Below are positions 1 to 15,373 of a DNA stretch of 64,000 nt, piece by piece (positions within the stretch are counted from its first letter, which is position 1; every line of letters starts with the position of its first letter). The notes below the pieces were generated by a model that ran no database searches, had not been told where the DNA came from, and was given only the letters and a program-made list of their open reading frames with translations. A program made the position numbers and the translations under genes. Source of the stretch: Octopus sinensis (taxonomy: Eukaryota); contig NC_042998.1 of NCBI RefSeq assembly GCF_006345805.1, forward strand, positions 191,270,001 to 191,334,000, read 5' to 3'.

Positions 1-285
1 ATATGAGTAGAGCACAAAGTTTATGGCGTTTACTCTTCGGGTATCTTTCATTTATAGCGATAAAAGTTTCTAGTTTCTCTTGGCTAAAATGTTAAATCTG
101 AGCAGTTGTTTCAAATAGATTTCTTATGAAGCAATATATGGCTTTTTTTCCGGGACATATACATTACAGTAAGCTGATTACTTTTTCTGTTTTTTTTTTG
201 TGAACTGAGAGGCTGGTTTATTAAAGACCCCCTCCACAACCTCCATTCTTTTTTTTTTGGACCTATGAAAGGGATTATCATTGTA

Positions 286-505
286 GGCAGTAAGCTGGGC
301 GAATCCTTAGCACGCCGAACAAAAATGGCTAGCGATATTTCTTCCTGTTTTACGTTCTGAGTTGAAATTCTGCTGAAGTCGTCTTTGCCTTCCGTTCATT
401 TAAGGTCGATAAATAAGTATCACTTTGGCACTGGATGTGATTTAATTGTATTGCCCCCACCCCAAAAGTTCGAGTCTTGTGCCTATAACCGAAAAGATTA
501 TTATC
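286..505 (+). mobile_element. tRNA-derived SINE family A (MetaSINE-like central domain), diverged copy
   Basis: Colinear with the young copy at 32140-32366: ggc..agctgg..aatccttagcacgccg head, gttctgagttgaaattc B-box region, ctttgcctt..gtcgataaataagta domain. Confidence 0.8.
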
Positions 506-2617
506 TATAGCGTTGTGGTAATTAAACTTAATGTAATTTCTTTGTGCAGTTAAATATTTAACGCTCTTACGTATTTAACTCGATACCTATTTGCTTAGCG
601 TTAAACGGTTTTTCATATGTAAAATCTGCATATATATTATCTATGTACGAGCACACATATGTGCATATATACATACCAATATAATATTATTCTTTTATAT
701 TCTGGACACACAGAAATATTTGCGCTTGTACGTATATGCATAGTTCGCAATGACACATATACACGCACGCATATATCTCTATATATTAGTGTGGGCATGT
801 ATGTGAGTGTGTGAATGTATGCTCGTTTGTGTATGTGTAAAGACGCATTTTATTTTAAAGTTTCATTTAAAAATAAAATATTACACATTTAGAAATATTC
901 TATAACGTTTGAAAGAAAGTCAAAGAAAAATGACTTGAGAGTCAGTAAGGGGATTGAAAGTGATTGAGAAGAATCAATAAATATAATAGAACAAATTAAA
1001 TAGGTAAAATCTAAATAAAGAACATATCAGAGAAAACAATGCAATCAATAAAAAAATAAAAGATATTCTTAAAATATTGACCAGAAAATGGAAAAGTAAA
1101 TTATTTCTCTCGGAAAGTGATATTTTTTCGAATTTCTTGCACTTCTTCAGATTTAAGCCTATTTATAAAGAATATACCGAGACAAAAAAAAATATTTTAA
1201 AATAAATCACAGCAAAATGCAGATGTGCTTTGAATGTTCTCACACACTTGCCCATGATAACGCTGACGTACAATCCATAGTAGCATATACTTTGCTATTT
1301 CGAGACACACTGACAAACATTTCAAACCGTACACACACAAATATTGCAAATAATGAAAATAAGTATGTATTCAGAAGTATTATCCAACAGTACTGAGTAG
1401 CTTTCCGTCAAATTTTTTTTATGAATATTATATTTTGTTCTTTCGTGTTTTCCTTTGTGATTTCGGTTTATGCATATTTTACGCTATTATGTATTATTTT
1501 GCTAGTTTATTCATACAGTTGTGTTTAGTTTAGATTTAATTATTTTCTCATATTGTTCCTGTTTTCTAAGCTTATATAACATCTCCCCGACACTCGTATA
1601 TACTTGTTCGTGAACGTATGTGTCTTTGTGCAGGTGTATGTGTATACATACATATATAAACACACACACGTATATATTTGTGTCTAAATTCATAAATATA
1701 TGTGAGAAGGAGGGAGAGAGTGAGAAACAGAGAAAGAGAAAACATTCCATAGACATATGTACCCTTAACCTAGTTCTGAGGATCAGTGTGACAAGGCTGC
1801 ATTTTTGAATTATGAAAAACACCCGACGGGTTATATATGGTTAACGAGTCCATAATTGTACAGAAAGACAATGGAAATTAATGATTAACTACCTAGCCTT
1901 GATGCCGTGTGAATTGCGATCAATGTTTCTACGAGAAAGTAGAAATTAAATATAATTGCCTTCATATAGAATACTTGATTGTAAAGCCCTATGAATGTGA
2001 AGTTTTCTGCTCAAATATCATAAGCAAATATATCCAACTCTGTTAGATACTGACATTGGTATTCTCGGTGTGCTAAATTTGCGTCCTGCTTTAACTTCCT
2101 TCATGAGTTATTTTCATTTCACTTTAGTGGAAGTGTTCTCTTATTTCATATAAACTCGTACCTTTAACAAAATCTACATAAAGATTTAATCACATAGATA
2201 ATGTATGCCATAAAGCTGGCCCTTCTTAAATACAAGCACTGTTTAATTAACGGTCTTCCATCTGCCCAAGTTTACTCATATCCCTTGTATTCCACCGACA
2301 GTATGATAGAAGGCGCCACAAGCGATTTCATAACCAATCAGTCGTGCTTGGACATAGACAACATAAAAAGACACGTACACATACTCACGCAAGACCACAT
2401 GCACACACACATCCACATGCACACTCACACACACTCATACACACGTGTTTGTGTTTCAATCAATTTCAAATTTTACAATAAATTTTACAGTACTTCCAGT
2501 TTAATGGGCGCATGTGTAAATATACAGTTGTTATTTTTAAAGTTACTTTAAAATAAAAGCCCAAATTTAACACATGCGCACGCAGGAACCAAGCACACCC
2601 ATATATATTCATGTACA

Positions 2618-2804
2618 GGGGGAGAATTCACCCCCCCCAAAAAAAAAACCAAGACAGGTGGTGTAGACAACAAACAGATACACTAGTTTAACGCTCGAGA
2701 AGCGAAAAAGTTTTTAACGTTTCGAGCCTACGCTCTTCCTCAGAAAGGAACGCCGGAAGAAACAGGGAGAGAAAATAAAGAATGTGTAGTGGCTAGTGAT
2801 CTAT
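2618..2804 (-). mobile_element. Penelope-like terminal repeat (pLTR) family with minimal hammerhead motif
   Basis: Same ~190-bp repeat recurs at 26205-26390 (same strand) and inverted at 55510-55662 and 57880-58082; it carries a hammerhead-like core. Assignment to Penelope-like elements is by motif analogy. Confidence 0.6.
2713..2746 (-). ncRNA. minimal type I hammerhead ribozyme motif
   Basis: Minus strand reads UUU-CUGAGGA-A-GAGC-GUAG-GCUC-GAAA-CG-UU-AAA: intact CUGANGA and GAAA core, 4-bp stem II, palindromic AACGUU stem III, GUU triplet. Confidence 0.55.
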
Positions 2805-2812
2805 ATATGTAG

Positions 2813-2869
<57 letters not shown>

Positions 2870-4216
2870 GGTATGTGGTGTGTGTGTGCCTGTATGTGAG
2901 TGTGTGTGTGTATGTGTGTGTAGGCATTTGTGCTTATTTACTTATGCCCCAGAAATCAAATGTTTTACAACGTTGGTCTATCAGAATATACGCCAAAAGA
3001 AGCTATACTTTGGTAACATGTATCAATGTTTTTTTTTTTCATATGGAGGTGATACGTTAACAAAATATTTAAAGATTGTATAGGAATCACAGTTGTCTTT
3101 TTATCAAGAAATTGAAGAAATTGCTGCATTGTAAATATAAGTTGTGACGCAATTAATAAATGTCAAGCAGTTTTAGATGAAACTGAAGATCAGAGCGATG
3201 TTGAACATTTAGAGATAAAATGGTTGCAGATCAAATAGCAGTGACAAGTAGTTATAATGAGACCGTAAATCATATAGGATTGTTCGTGTGTTAAAGTCTG
3301 CCCAGGTCATTTTCATGCTAATTTGTTTCTAAGCTTTCTTTTTTCTGTTGTAGTTGTATAATGTGTGAAGGACATTTCGACACATTAACTTACTTGCATC
3401 ACTAGTCTAGAATTAATCAATTATTGCTAAATAGACAAAGTAAACTCCGCCTTCCCCTGTTCATACTTTGTACAGTAGCTGGCATTTTACGCCACTAATT
3501 CATTGCTAAATATTTTAAATGTTTCACCTGGATATTGCATCAACTGTGGTTAGCGAATGAATATTTAATGCCTGCGAAGAACATTTTCTATACTAAAGCC
3601 ACAATGTCAGAGTTGGTCATATACGTAGCCCAGAACTCCAGTAACATTGCATATGAATTGCAGCTTTTTCAACACACTAGCATTATGGATTAAACTCATG
3701 TTGAGATAATAGATAGCCTCATAAATAGATGTGGTTTGTTCTATGCGACACGTTTATGCCATTTGACCTCATCAATGACGTACAAAAGGCCTCGAGAAAT
3801 TAAATATAGATAAGCTATTCACTGTTATTAGGAGGGCGTAGGGAATCACAGAGAATAATATGCATATGATGTAATTTAGATTTCATTATCGAGCAAAATT
3901 TTTTTTTTATACTAAATATATTTTCCTGTTCAGCGAGGTTCCTGTTAATTTATTTATCTCTCTTTGTGTAGTGATTTACTTTCTGATTTATTTTCTGGCA
4001 ACAAAATTTGTCTAAATTCATTCGCAAGTGTAGCAAATAGATGTATAAAGAATATTTCTCTACATAAGCGAACGTTTTTGTGATTTTTAAAAATAAATGT
4101 TCTCTTACAAAATTATCAATTACATATAAAAGTATTTAGGCATTCAATAATATATTACTCTGAGTGTATGTGTGTATATACATGAATATACGTATGTGAT
4201 TGTATGTTGGTATATA

Positions 4217-4252
<36 letters not shown>

Positions 4253-4679
4253 TACACATACATTTCCATGCATACATACATAAATACATGCATACATACA
4301 TGCACACACACACACACACATACATACATACATACATACATACATACAAGAGTACAGAAATATATACACACATACTTATATATATATATATGCTGGCAAA
4401 GGATAAAGGGCACGTGATACCAGTGTTAGAGTATATATAATACATGCACACACACACAGACACACACATACGCACACACATCCGGTCATCTGTCTGTATT
4501 TTATTGACAACTTAGCAACATGTACATGGAAGGATGAATCATGACTCATGTAAATACCCAATTCTCACATCGCATTGAATGTGCCTCTGGGATTGCACTC
4601 CCTACAGGCCCACTACGTTTTATTGGTATTGCAGTTAGATTTGCATGCTGATAGCATAGGGCTTGATACTTTTCAGCAT

Positions 4680-4727
<48 letters not shown>

Positions 4728-4859
4728 AAGGATTCCGGAGAGAATCCGGTACTTGAATGGTATGCACCAGGTCGGGTTGATCAATAAAAAATGCGTAAGA
4801 AACAACTGTAAGGGACTGACTTTTATCCAGCCTGTTATTTTTCTTTGTTTTATACATGC

Positions 4860-4882
4860 ACACACAGACACACACACACACA

Positions 4883-4952
<70 letters not shown>
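4860..4952. repeat. (CA)n microsatellite
   Basis: Long, nearly pure CA tract seen directly. Confidence 0.95.
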
Positions 4953-4955
<3 letters not shown>

Positions 4956-5103
4956 TAGATATATATATAATTAAGCAAATAAAGGAATAAAGCTGACGGA
5001 ATTACATTTTTTCAACGCTGACGATCGTTTCAATAATCGGTAGGAATTTTTACATCAATACTGTATAAAATTTTATAAATGAATTCGATACCATATCACA
5101 TTG

Positions 5104-5157
<54 letters not shown>

Positions 5158-6406
5158 AGTGTGGATGTATATACACACATATATATAGAAAGAGAGATGA
5201 ATTGAGGTAGAGAAAGAGAGAGGAGAATATGATAAGAGAGTGACAGTTAATGATAAATAGATACGTAAATAAATATGTGCAGGGATATCTACTTAAATCT
5301 GAATAATTAAATGAAAATTTTTACAATCCACTATAAAACGAGTGGTGCACATATTTACATGCATCAATTAAACACTTCGTTTATAAAACTTGCTAGATTC
5401 ATGTGTGTGTAAGTGTGTGTGTGTGTGTGTGTGTGCGTTTGTGCGCATGTGTTTCTTTTCTTTGTTTAGTTTTTTGTGTGTAAATATAATGATATTTCAA
5501 AGAACGAAGAAATGCAATTCTCATTTACACAGTTATCGTATATCGTCAATTTATTCCTAAAACAGTTGTGTTGTGACTTGACATAATGAGAGCCCTCAGC
5601 TTTCTGTCAATAGCCACACATTTTTATTCTCGAAAGTGACGACGAAACGTATATCGTGTTATTTTCAAAATTAATCAATCAAATATCAGTAAATTAATGA
5701 AAAGCGAAACGCAACTGAACTACATATATTAAATTACTGAATGCAATATTGGAAGATGAGTAACGTATCATACATATATATGATATGGCTTGAAATTAAT
5801 GATTGTGCCTTTTCTTTTAGAACATGGGCTGTGTTCGATATATTTATTTCCCTTTCTCTCTATCCTACTCTCTCTAATTTTTTCGTTTTTGCTTGTCAGA
5901 AGACAATATACATATGTATTGAAAATTAAATAAAATACATTTACAACATCAGCTCGCAATTTATAAATTGATTTTGGAAGCTTACACCTAAATCTTATAA
6001 ACAAGCATAAATGTAATTGTGAGTTATTGTTAAAACATTTCATGTTACTCAGTGTACCTTGTGTACAGTTTTATACATTGTATGGCATAATATACAAGTG
6101 TACATCAAATACGTGTTAATACTGTTGCATTATGAATAGTTCTTAACGCTCCACTATCATTATTTGGGTCAGGCTTTGCATGGTTTTTAGAAATCATTGA
6201 CCTCCTCCAGTTCCTCTCCCCCTCTTCACCTTCATCATCTTCATAATCGTCGCCATCCGCGTCTTCCATATGTATATTACATGTATGTATGTAGGGATTT
6301 CCACACACAGAGAGACACACACACACATACACACACACACGTATATATATATATATATTATATAAAATCCGTTCTCTCTGTCTGTGTGTGTGTGTGTGCC
6401 TTCTAG

Positions 6407-6484
6407 GATCTCGGGCATCCTCCAACCGATTGCGATATCAGGGCGTGCATAAGTCTTGGAAAAAATTACAAAAATGGATTCCAG
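6407..6484 (+). other. candidate 78-bp exon
   Basis: ttctag acceptor, CAG|gtgaga donor, length divisible by 3, two open frames, GC higher than flanks. No homology recognised. Confidence 0.25.
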
Positions 6485-7066
6485 GTGAGAATGCGATCGA
6501 TCAAGCCGTGGGAACGTGCATTTGTACGCGCAAGTACATCAGTCGAATTCGTCTTTTGCTGGTGCCTCAAATTTAGGTTAAATCAGTGTTTCTCAAAGGG
6601 GAAGCCTATGGGACGGTCGGACAAGTTATTTTGATGATATTTGACTTAAATGTTGGACAACTCAGCACCGTTCATTAGACGGGGGCGTTTTCCTCGTGTA
6701 TATATATACCACAAATAAGAAAATGGAAAGGATACAAAATGGCATACACCAGCTGGTAGTCATTACAGTGTGTCTATCTATTCCAATGCATTAGAAAGTA
6801 TGAGAAGAAAACATGTACATGTAGTAACTATGTGTTACACACACGTGTATCAATATTACAGAAAAGAGCAAACTATCAGTTCCTTACGGCTGCATAAATG
6901 AAGGGTAAACCACTTTTTACATCTGCCCATATATGACAATCAATTGCGAGATTGCCACGCAATAACCATCATTTGGGTACTGAATAATTGGATACACTAC
7001 CAACAGTTAATTGGATAGGTACTATCCCTTAGTTGGTTGGTTTCCCAAAGTCTAACTCTCATAGAA

Positions 7067-7100
<34 letters not shown>

Positions 7101-7189
7101 TATATATATATAATGATGTTTCAGGGTTAACAAAGAGTTCGCTTGACTAACGTCAAATGCATATTTTGAAAATAATCAGGTTTGTCAAA

Positions 7190-7282
7190 CTACCTACATA
7201 TCTACCTATGTATACGCCTACCTGTCTACATACATACATACATATATACATACATACATACATACATATATACATACATACA

Positions 7283-7316
<34 letters not shown>

Positions 7317-7381
7317 CATACATAAATGCATACATACATAAATGCATACATACATACATAATACATGCATACATACATACA
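7190..7381. repeat. (TACA)n microsatellite
   Basis: Seen directly. Confidence 0.95.
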
Positions 7382-9120
7382 TTTTCTGATGTGAAAATGA
7401 CTGTTTTTCAAAGTAGACATTTTTTTTTTGTTTCCAGGCAAATTTTACCCTACGACACTTATAAATAGCACTGTTTGTGTTATTCCTCGAAGAATGTTAC
7501 TGCAGCAAGGAATTCGTCATGAAATCCTAAATCGTTCTTCCGGTGAAATTCAAAGTCATCAAAGTTTGCATCTCTTTATTTTACAAGTTGCAAACGTCCA
7601 TTCTTCTTGAGACGCTTTTCGAATATTTCGTGTATACGCATAAACATCACTGCTAAAATCTCATTTCAATATATCTCTCAAGATGTAGTTCTCTTAGTGC
7701 CAGCGTATACCTCCTTTGTTTACTTTACACTAACCCTTTGTAGCAGCATTGTAAAGGTTTATATGACTAAATCTATTTCCGAAATTTCCGTTGAGCGTGT
7801 TTGCTACAATGTCTAGATGAAGTGTCTTCTATTAATGTTTAACTTTGACGTAGGATTCTGGTTCATGTAGTGGACATTGTATTTCTGGGAAAAATTTTAC
7901 GGATGGATAATAAATTGCCCGTTTTTCATGGCACTCATAGGGTGCTAGGGTACTCTGTTTCACTTTCCAGCGGACGAGGCCAATTTTAGTTTAATTGTCG
8001 AAAGTAATATGTATTCAGCTAAGTTGATTCTTTCTATAATTACGATTTGATTAGGCAAGGCTTCCTTAAATTTTCTCTCAGTTTTCTTCTGTCTTCATTG
8101 TCTTATCAAGTTCCAACCTAATATTAATTTGCGAATAAAGATTTAAAATTTAGAGCAATCAGATCACTTTTTAAATGTCACAATAAATTATCTATATTCG
8201 GTGTATCTAGAATCATTTTATCTTAAAGATTGTTTGTGGAATTTTAACAAAGTGGTTCATGAAGCCGTAAAGGCATCGATGAAAAGAATTCATTCATTCT
8301 GGTGTATACGATATATTACTGAATTCCAAAAGAAACCCTAATCATGAAACGTATCTCATTGGTCTAGAATATGCTTTCACTGATTACAATTAAAATATCC
8401 TAGGGCTGATATTCTAACATTAAATATAAGGATTCTTTTTCACTAATTCTTATAAAAGAACATTGTCAATCAAAATAGACCTTTACATCGTCACCGACAC
8501 TCATAAAATCATGACTATGATTATACTGAGAGGGAGGTTGGGACTTGTACAGAAGATAATTAAGAGTCCTTGACTACATTCAAATAGAAGACTGTTACAA
8601 AGCTTGAAATTTTTGCACCGTCGCTCAACGCAAACCGGGTAGAATGGAAAGCTATATATTTTGAAGAAATTGGTTTATAATATTTCCCAGAATCTCTGTA
8701 GCCGAATGCCAGTAAAGCTGGGCTGGTATTTTGGATACTACTTCCAGCAGAAACCAAAATCGAAATAAAATGTTATACCAAAAATATCTTAGTCATGACA
8801 CTCAACTTCACGCCGAGTAAGAAGCAATTCTTTAGTATCTAAATAATAGTTTGGCATTGTAGTATTGAGATAAATCCTATCAGCCGTGGGAATATGATCT
8901 CCATACATGTTTTCTAAGGGCTAGGTATTGCCTACAGTTCGATATGTTTCACTATAGTCTATAATTGAAATTCGGGTTCACGGATTACAAAAAAGTACAT
9001 ACCAACTGATATGTAGGAAAACAAGATTAGGACAGAAATACCACATACAAACAGCCACCCCCAATCTCTCTTTCTCTCTCTCTCTCTCACACACACACAC
9101 ATAATCACACATATGCACGC

Positions 9121-9164
<44 letters not shown>

Positions 9165-10274
9165 ATATGTGTGTGTGTGTGAGCGGGGATTAACTATGAT
9201 ATCACGTTTAGCCTCTCAGAGCTTATTTCAAACAGTTTCTGAAAGGCTCGAGTAAATACCAGTAATCACGTGGGATCGATTCAATCCACTATCGCCTCCT
9301 GTATAAATGTTTGGCCATGTGCTAAAGGTAAAAATCTATATTTCTGATGTCTGGAGTAGACTTTGTGTCAAAGTTAAGAATCAATATTGACTTCCTTTGC
9401 ACACATAAAACAGGCACGAATTATTTTCTACACAGATTCCTTCTGATTGTTCTTTATATTAATTTCATATCCAGATTGATTGGTTTTAGTCTTAATGAAT
9501 TCTCTTCATAACATTGGTCGCACTTTCATTTCGTGAAGTGATTTGCGGAATATTATTTTTTTTCAATATAATTTTCAATCAAATATTATTAATCATATAG
9601 GCATTTGGTAATAAATAGATGATAACGAATAAAAAATCGTCTAAATATTCAACAAACAACAAATATAGAACTATGTAATTATATAGCCGGCTTTCCAACC
9701 CATTAATTATTTTCTAGAACCCAAATATGTAAATATTAATTTAAGCAATAGTTCCTTAAATTTATGATATAGACTCATTTTCATGTGGCTTAAATGTTTA
9801 TACGATAATCAATGTGTTCTAATGACTATATTCAAAGTGATATCACCAAATATCTTTGTCAATATTTTCAAAGCAGATGTGTTACTTAGTTTTCGTTCAC
9901 GTTTAACTTGTCTGACCTTTTCTCAGTACAGCCTTTTGACATTTTCTCAGGCATGCACCATTCATATAATTTACAAGTAGAATTTACAGGAACAATTTAC
10001 TAAAATATGTATGGATTATCACTGGTAATATCTGGAAACAAAAAAACAAAATCGTGCGGGGTGATTACATGTTTATTATCAAAGAATAATCATTGGGCTT
10101 AAATAAACATCAGTATATTTTCAGGTATGTAAAGAACAGAATGAAAGGTCTTGTACTCAAAGTATATCATGCTTTGTTCTACGGTTTTAATTCAATCTAT
10201 AACTGTCACCAAGTATACGTAACGCGTGTATGAATTGCATTTACCAGCGTATATAATGATTTTTTTTTGTTCTG

Positions 10275-10495
10275 TCTCGAGCTACGCCTGGCTCATAAGG
10301 GTCGGTTTCCCGGTTTCCTTGGTGTATAGGTTCTCCGCCTGGACGGGACGCCGGTCCATCGTAGGTGAGTTTCTAGATGCAGGAGGAAAGAGTGAAAGAA
10401 AGTTGTGGCGAACGAGTCAGCAGAAGTTTGCCATTACCTTCTGCCGGAGCCGCGTGGAGCTTAGGTGTTTCGCTCATAAACACACACATCACCCA
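10275..10495 (-). mobile_element. SINE family C, 5'-truncated
   Basis: Homologous to 16185-16392 (ctcataaggg..ggtttcccggtt..ctggacgggacgccgg..gagtcagcagaag..cgcgtggagcttaggtgtttcgctcataaac). Confidence 0.75.
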
Positions 10496-11599
10496 TGCCT
10501 CCCCACACGTATATAACGATGATAGCATTTGAAATATACAACTGTCTATTATACTGATTCTAAATTTCGTTACAATATCAGTTGTTGCAAGTTGTCATTG
10601 AATCACCAATATGTCAGTCGTAGTTATTTTCTTGCAACTAGAGCAATGGTATATAACGTTACTCTTGGAGGGATTTTATCTCGCTAATTGTAGATCGCCA
10701 AATTGTAGGTCGCAAACTTTTAATATCGCAGTGCGTATTATTCAGCGCGTTACCGTTACCTACAGATCCCAGCATTGCATTGTAGGTAACGGTAAAAAAT
10801 AAATAAAAGTTATATTTCGTCTGAAGTTCCACGTGCAACACGGAAATATATTTATGGAGATTATTGACTAGGTTATTGGAAAAGATTGACAAAAGTACTC
10901 CCCAATAAAATATGTCGATATATTAATATTATGAAAGAGTGTTTTACTGTCTGTGAAAGCTATAAATCTAGAACTAATATTTATAGAAATAGGGAATTAT
11001 ACAAATCAGAAATCATCATATCGAAACTAACAAAATTGTTAATATTAATTTCAAAGGATATCAAAAGTTAGTGAAAACAGTAATCAACAAAAGAAAGATA
11101 GAATTTAAAATTTTGTTCTGTTCCCGAATTAACTTAAATTTCTTTATGATTTAGATTAATACTTTTTCTATATTTTCATAAATTATTGCTTGTGATCTTA
11201 AAAGAAGTATTAGGTATGATTTCTTTACGAAGTAATCCCACTTTTGTCTTTTTAGACATTGAAGTGGTATTGGTAATTATCTTTAGTTATAGATCCAAAG
11301 AATATAAACATTTTCTATCATATTTAAAAAATGACAAATATATTGCACTATGATATTTGAAGGGTAAATTTATGCCATGCCAACATTTTTTTATTGCAAA
11401 AACGCCCCACTCCTCTGAAATTCAGAGGTATAAGTCGAATAAGGAATAGACATGTCTTTACCAATGTGGAGTTTAAACTATATTGGAGATCCGAAAGAAT
11501 GTGGGCAAAAATTAAATGAAATTACAATAAATATCAAAAAAGTTCTTAACTGAGGTTAACTAACAAGGATATTCTCCCAATAATCTTGGGTAATAGTTG

Positions 11600-11970
11600 A
11601 CTACATAGAGAGACCTTTCTTTGTTATCAAACAATTATCCTTTTAATTATATCACACCTTTTGAACAATATCCTTATACATATCTCAAAAACTACTATAC
11701 CGGTGAAACTTTTCACGCCATGACATGTTTTCACTCCTTCACAAGTTGTAAACATCTGCCAAAATCTCTTCAGATGATTACCAACTGTAAAACACTGTTA
11801 CAAAAATGATCATCTTATCTGATACCATCCCCATTGTTTCATTTGATAAAACCTCTCCAATACATTTCCCCATTATTCTTTATCAAAACTCTTTCTATAA
11901 TTTACTATAATATATAAACTATCATATATATTAACTCTATTACACTGAGCAACATTTATGTTCCTAAACA
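11600..11970 (+). mobile_element. possible decayed LINE endonuclease fragment
   Basis: ITLSNIYVP (attacactgagcaacatttatgttcct, ~11940-11966) resembles the APE-domain motif of LINE ORF2; the rest is highly decayed. Confidence 0.25.
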
Positions 11971-14908
11971 TCTTAGGGATTTACTAGTTTTGGTTCTTTG
12001 TCATGTGGATGGTGGTGAGAGTAGCTTGAAACTTAATCTTTTTATGTAAACCTTGTTATAATAGAAAAAAGTCTCAAAATCCTTACAAAATATACATATT
12101 TGGGCACGTGAAAATAAACACAAAGTTTGCAAAGCTTAGTCAACATTCAATCTCAAAATCACATACTATGTGGAACTTTCGTGTGTCTCTTATTTCTGTG
12201 TCATAATTAGCATCAACAGTCGTCAACAGGCACATAGAAAACTAGTCATCAACTGTCTACTACATAGCTAAAGTCTTAGACATCAGCGAGCAGAACACTG
12301 ATTCTCTTATATTACTTAACGTTTAAAATTAAACAGTTAAAGGGCAGTAAATGACAGAGTCAGAACAGTAATAAACAAAATACTTAGTGAAATTCAAGTA
12401 CATCTCTGTATATCAAAAACATTAGAAGTAGAAATTGTTTTTCCTCTACGTCAATAGAATATGTGTCCATCAAACCTTTAGATGTATTAAATGGATTTAT
12501 ACTTTAACTTGTTAGAAGCTACCTACAATGTCTACTTAAGTGTATCTTTTTGATATTAAGGAGATTGTCAATTAAAAATATAATTTATCGAAACTACTGG
12601 ATTGTTATTTATCGAAACTAAAAAATTATGAATTTTCGAAATTAAATAATTACTCTTTAAGGAAGACAAATATTTAATATTTATTATTCTTAATACTCGT
12701 ATGCTCTTCCCTTGTCACCTGTGTCAAACAGTAGCATATTCTAGTAAATTACAATATTCTGAAACACCGACCTGTAAATAATTATCGATGTACGGTCGAA
12801 GTGAGCGATGTTGCCATGTTGAAGCCAAGAAACATTGTAGCATTTTCAATTAATGCGATTTTCGCCGCAATCTTCTTATTTTACCATGTAAAATTACCTA
12901 TACAGCCTTGAGCTCTGTCTCTTTAATAATAAGGTACACTGGATAGAAACTGAACAGAATTTCTTTTTCTTTTGATTTGTAAAACAATATGTAAACAGGT
13001 AAGTAAACATCTATGCTTTATATCTGTCATTGTTTGTTAGCTGCCTGATGCGTCATTCTCATTTTCTTTATTAGCCGTAGACCAAAGATATTATTGCTCT
13101 TACAAACAATTTGTTTTATTACACGGAATAAAATGTACAGCTAACTTGTTGAAGGCTGTTCAGTCTTAACGGCATCATCAATGTTCCTGCTACATAATGT
13201 TAGAACTAAACGTCATACTGATGTTTTATTTATAAAATTACGACAGCAGAAATGTTTCTGAGAATACTCTGAAGCACTAAAATATTTCCCTATGATGTTT
13301 TAAGAACTACACTGCTATCGTTTTATTACCTTTCTACAGAGATGAGGTGTGATTGGAATTCTCATAATTTCGATTCGAGTTTACAACTCAGATTCAATTG
13401 TCAGTTGCTATTTCTTTTCCCGTACATTAAGTACGACCGCTGAGATGAGTATGAAACTCATTTGATAGAGTTTCTTTGTCCAATTTTATTTCTTTACTAA
13501 ATCTGAAGCAGTTGGTCTCGTCAAATTAGAATATTAGAAATAACAATCCTTAAGAAAATGACTAAAAGGGGCGACTTTTCGTTGTTTCAAAGCTGAGGTA
13601 TTATATCGTTAGTATAAAATCCCTTTAGGCAATTGAAGAATCCATAATAATTAATTTAAACAGCTTATTTATGGGAAAAATTTGCTCCTGCGCTAAGCCC
13701 TTAAGTTCCGGTTACATAGAAAGGTGATATCTAAACAGGTAACCATTATACTTGTACAATGTCATTCAATTTACGAATAGATACGCGTAAATAAACGGAA
13801 CAAGTAAAGCAGGAAACGATTGCAAGTAAATCGAAAGTGATTTTGATGAAGAATTATCTGAGTTTGGAAGCAAATGAAGTAAAACAAAGCATTAAAATCA
13901 AAATAAAACAATAACGATATGGTAGCAAATATCGTAAATAGAATGCTTCTGCTATCGCTATTTACTGTTAGTGGCGAATTCTACTGCAAAGCTGTTGAGA
14001 TTGTAAAAAGTACTTGGGTAAATATGCATAGCTATTTCATTAGAGCATATAGAAAAAAGTAGCACGATTTTAATATAGAGAGAAAAGAGAAAATTGCGAA
14101 CTGCTGCGCAGGTCAGTAATTTTCAGGAAATCAATCAATAGAATAAAAGTTTCCTGGATGCTGACGAATGATTTTAATTCAGGTTTAATCTCTATGGAGA
14201 TGATTCTAAGCTAAAAGGCTAAATAAATAGATTCAATTAAAGTTGGAACAAGGCTAAGCAAACTATCAGCTGCCTTTATTTCTACATCATAGACATGCAT
14301 CAGTTAATAGAGTAAAAGAAATGGACAATTATTCTTTAGGCTGCAATTAGGTCATTATTTAATTCAGCATTTAGACTTTTGGTAAATTTGGATCAATATT
14401 ACATTTCCTCCTATAGTATTTTCTCTTCCAAAATGCACATGAAGTATGCTGTAATAAAGCTGAATTCTCTATCATATGATGCCCATTAAGAAAATAGGAT
14501 GAGTGTATTGTTCATAGTTTAACCAATGATGCGAAATGATTCAAATGAGTGTATATATATGTGTGTATATGTGTGTGTCAGTATGAGAGAGAGAGAGACA
14601 GATTTCTGAAATGCATGTTCTATATGTCAAATAGTTTATATTGAAATGTCATTTTTCTAAATTCAGTCCGGTTCACGAGATAAGTGGCTAATAAGAGCAT
14701 TCATGTCAATACAGAATTTGTTGATTACCTATCGAAATCCAAATCGAAGATTTCTAACCAGCGAAGAAAACCACCACGGTTGCACAACCTAATAGACATA
14801 ACAGTGACAAATTCCTGAAGTCAAGCCATTCTCTACAGTTTATAAAGAAGGGCGGATTTGAAAATGGATTTTAAAAAAAAATGACCAGCGATTATTGCTG
14901 GAACGATA

Positions 14909-15076
14909 TTCTTTTCTACTCTAGGCACAAGGCCCGGAATTTTGGGAGAGGGGGCCAGTCAATTAGATCGATCGCAGGATGCAACTGGTACATAATTTCA
15001 TCCTGAAAGGATGAGAGGCAAAGTCAACCCCATCGGAATTTGAACTCAGAACGTAAAGATAGACGAAATACCGCTA
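14909..15076 (-). mobile_element. SINE family A
   Basis: Reverse complement of family A (gaaaggatgagaggcaaagtc..ggaatttgaactcagaacgtaaag). Confidence 0.85.
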
Positions 15077-15097
15077 TTATTATTATTATTATTATTA

Positions 15098-15130
<33 letters not shown>

Positions 15131-15295
15131 GGCGAGCTGGCAGAACCGTTAGCACACCGAGCAAAATGTTTAGCGGTGTTACGTCTGTCTTTACGTTCCA
15201 CTGAGGTCAGACTTTGCCTTTCATCCTTTCACAGTCGATAAAATTACCAGTCGAACTCGGGTTGATTTAATCGACTTAGCCCTTCCCCCAAAATT
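15131..15295 (+). mobile_element. SINE family A
   Basis: ggcgagctggcagaaccgttagcac head; gactttgcctttcatcctttc..gtcgataaa domain. Confidence 0.85.
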
Positions 15296-15322
15296 AACTG
15301 AATGAAAGAGAGAGAGAGAGAG

Positions 15323-15371
<49 letters not shown>

Positions 15372-15373
<2 letters not shown>

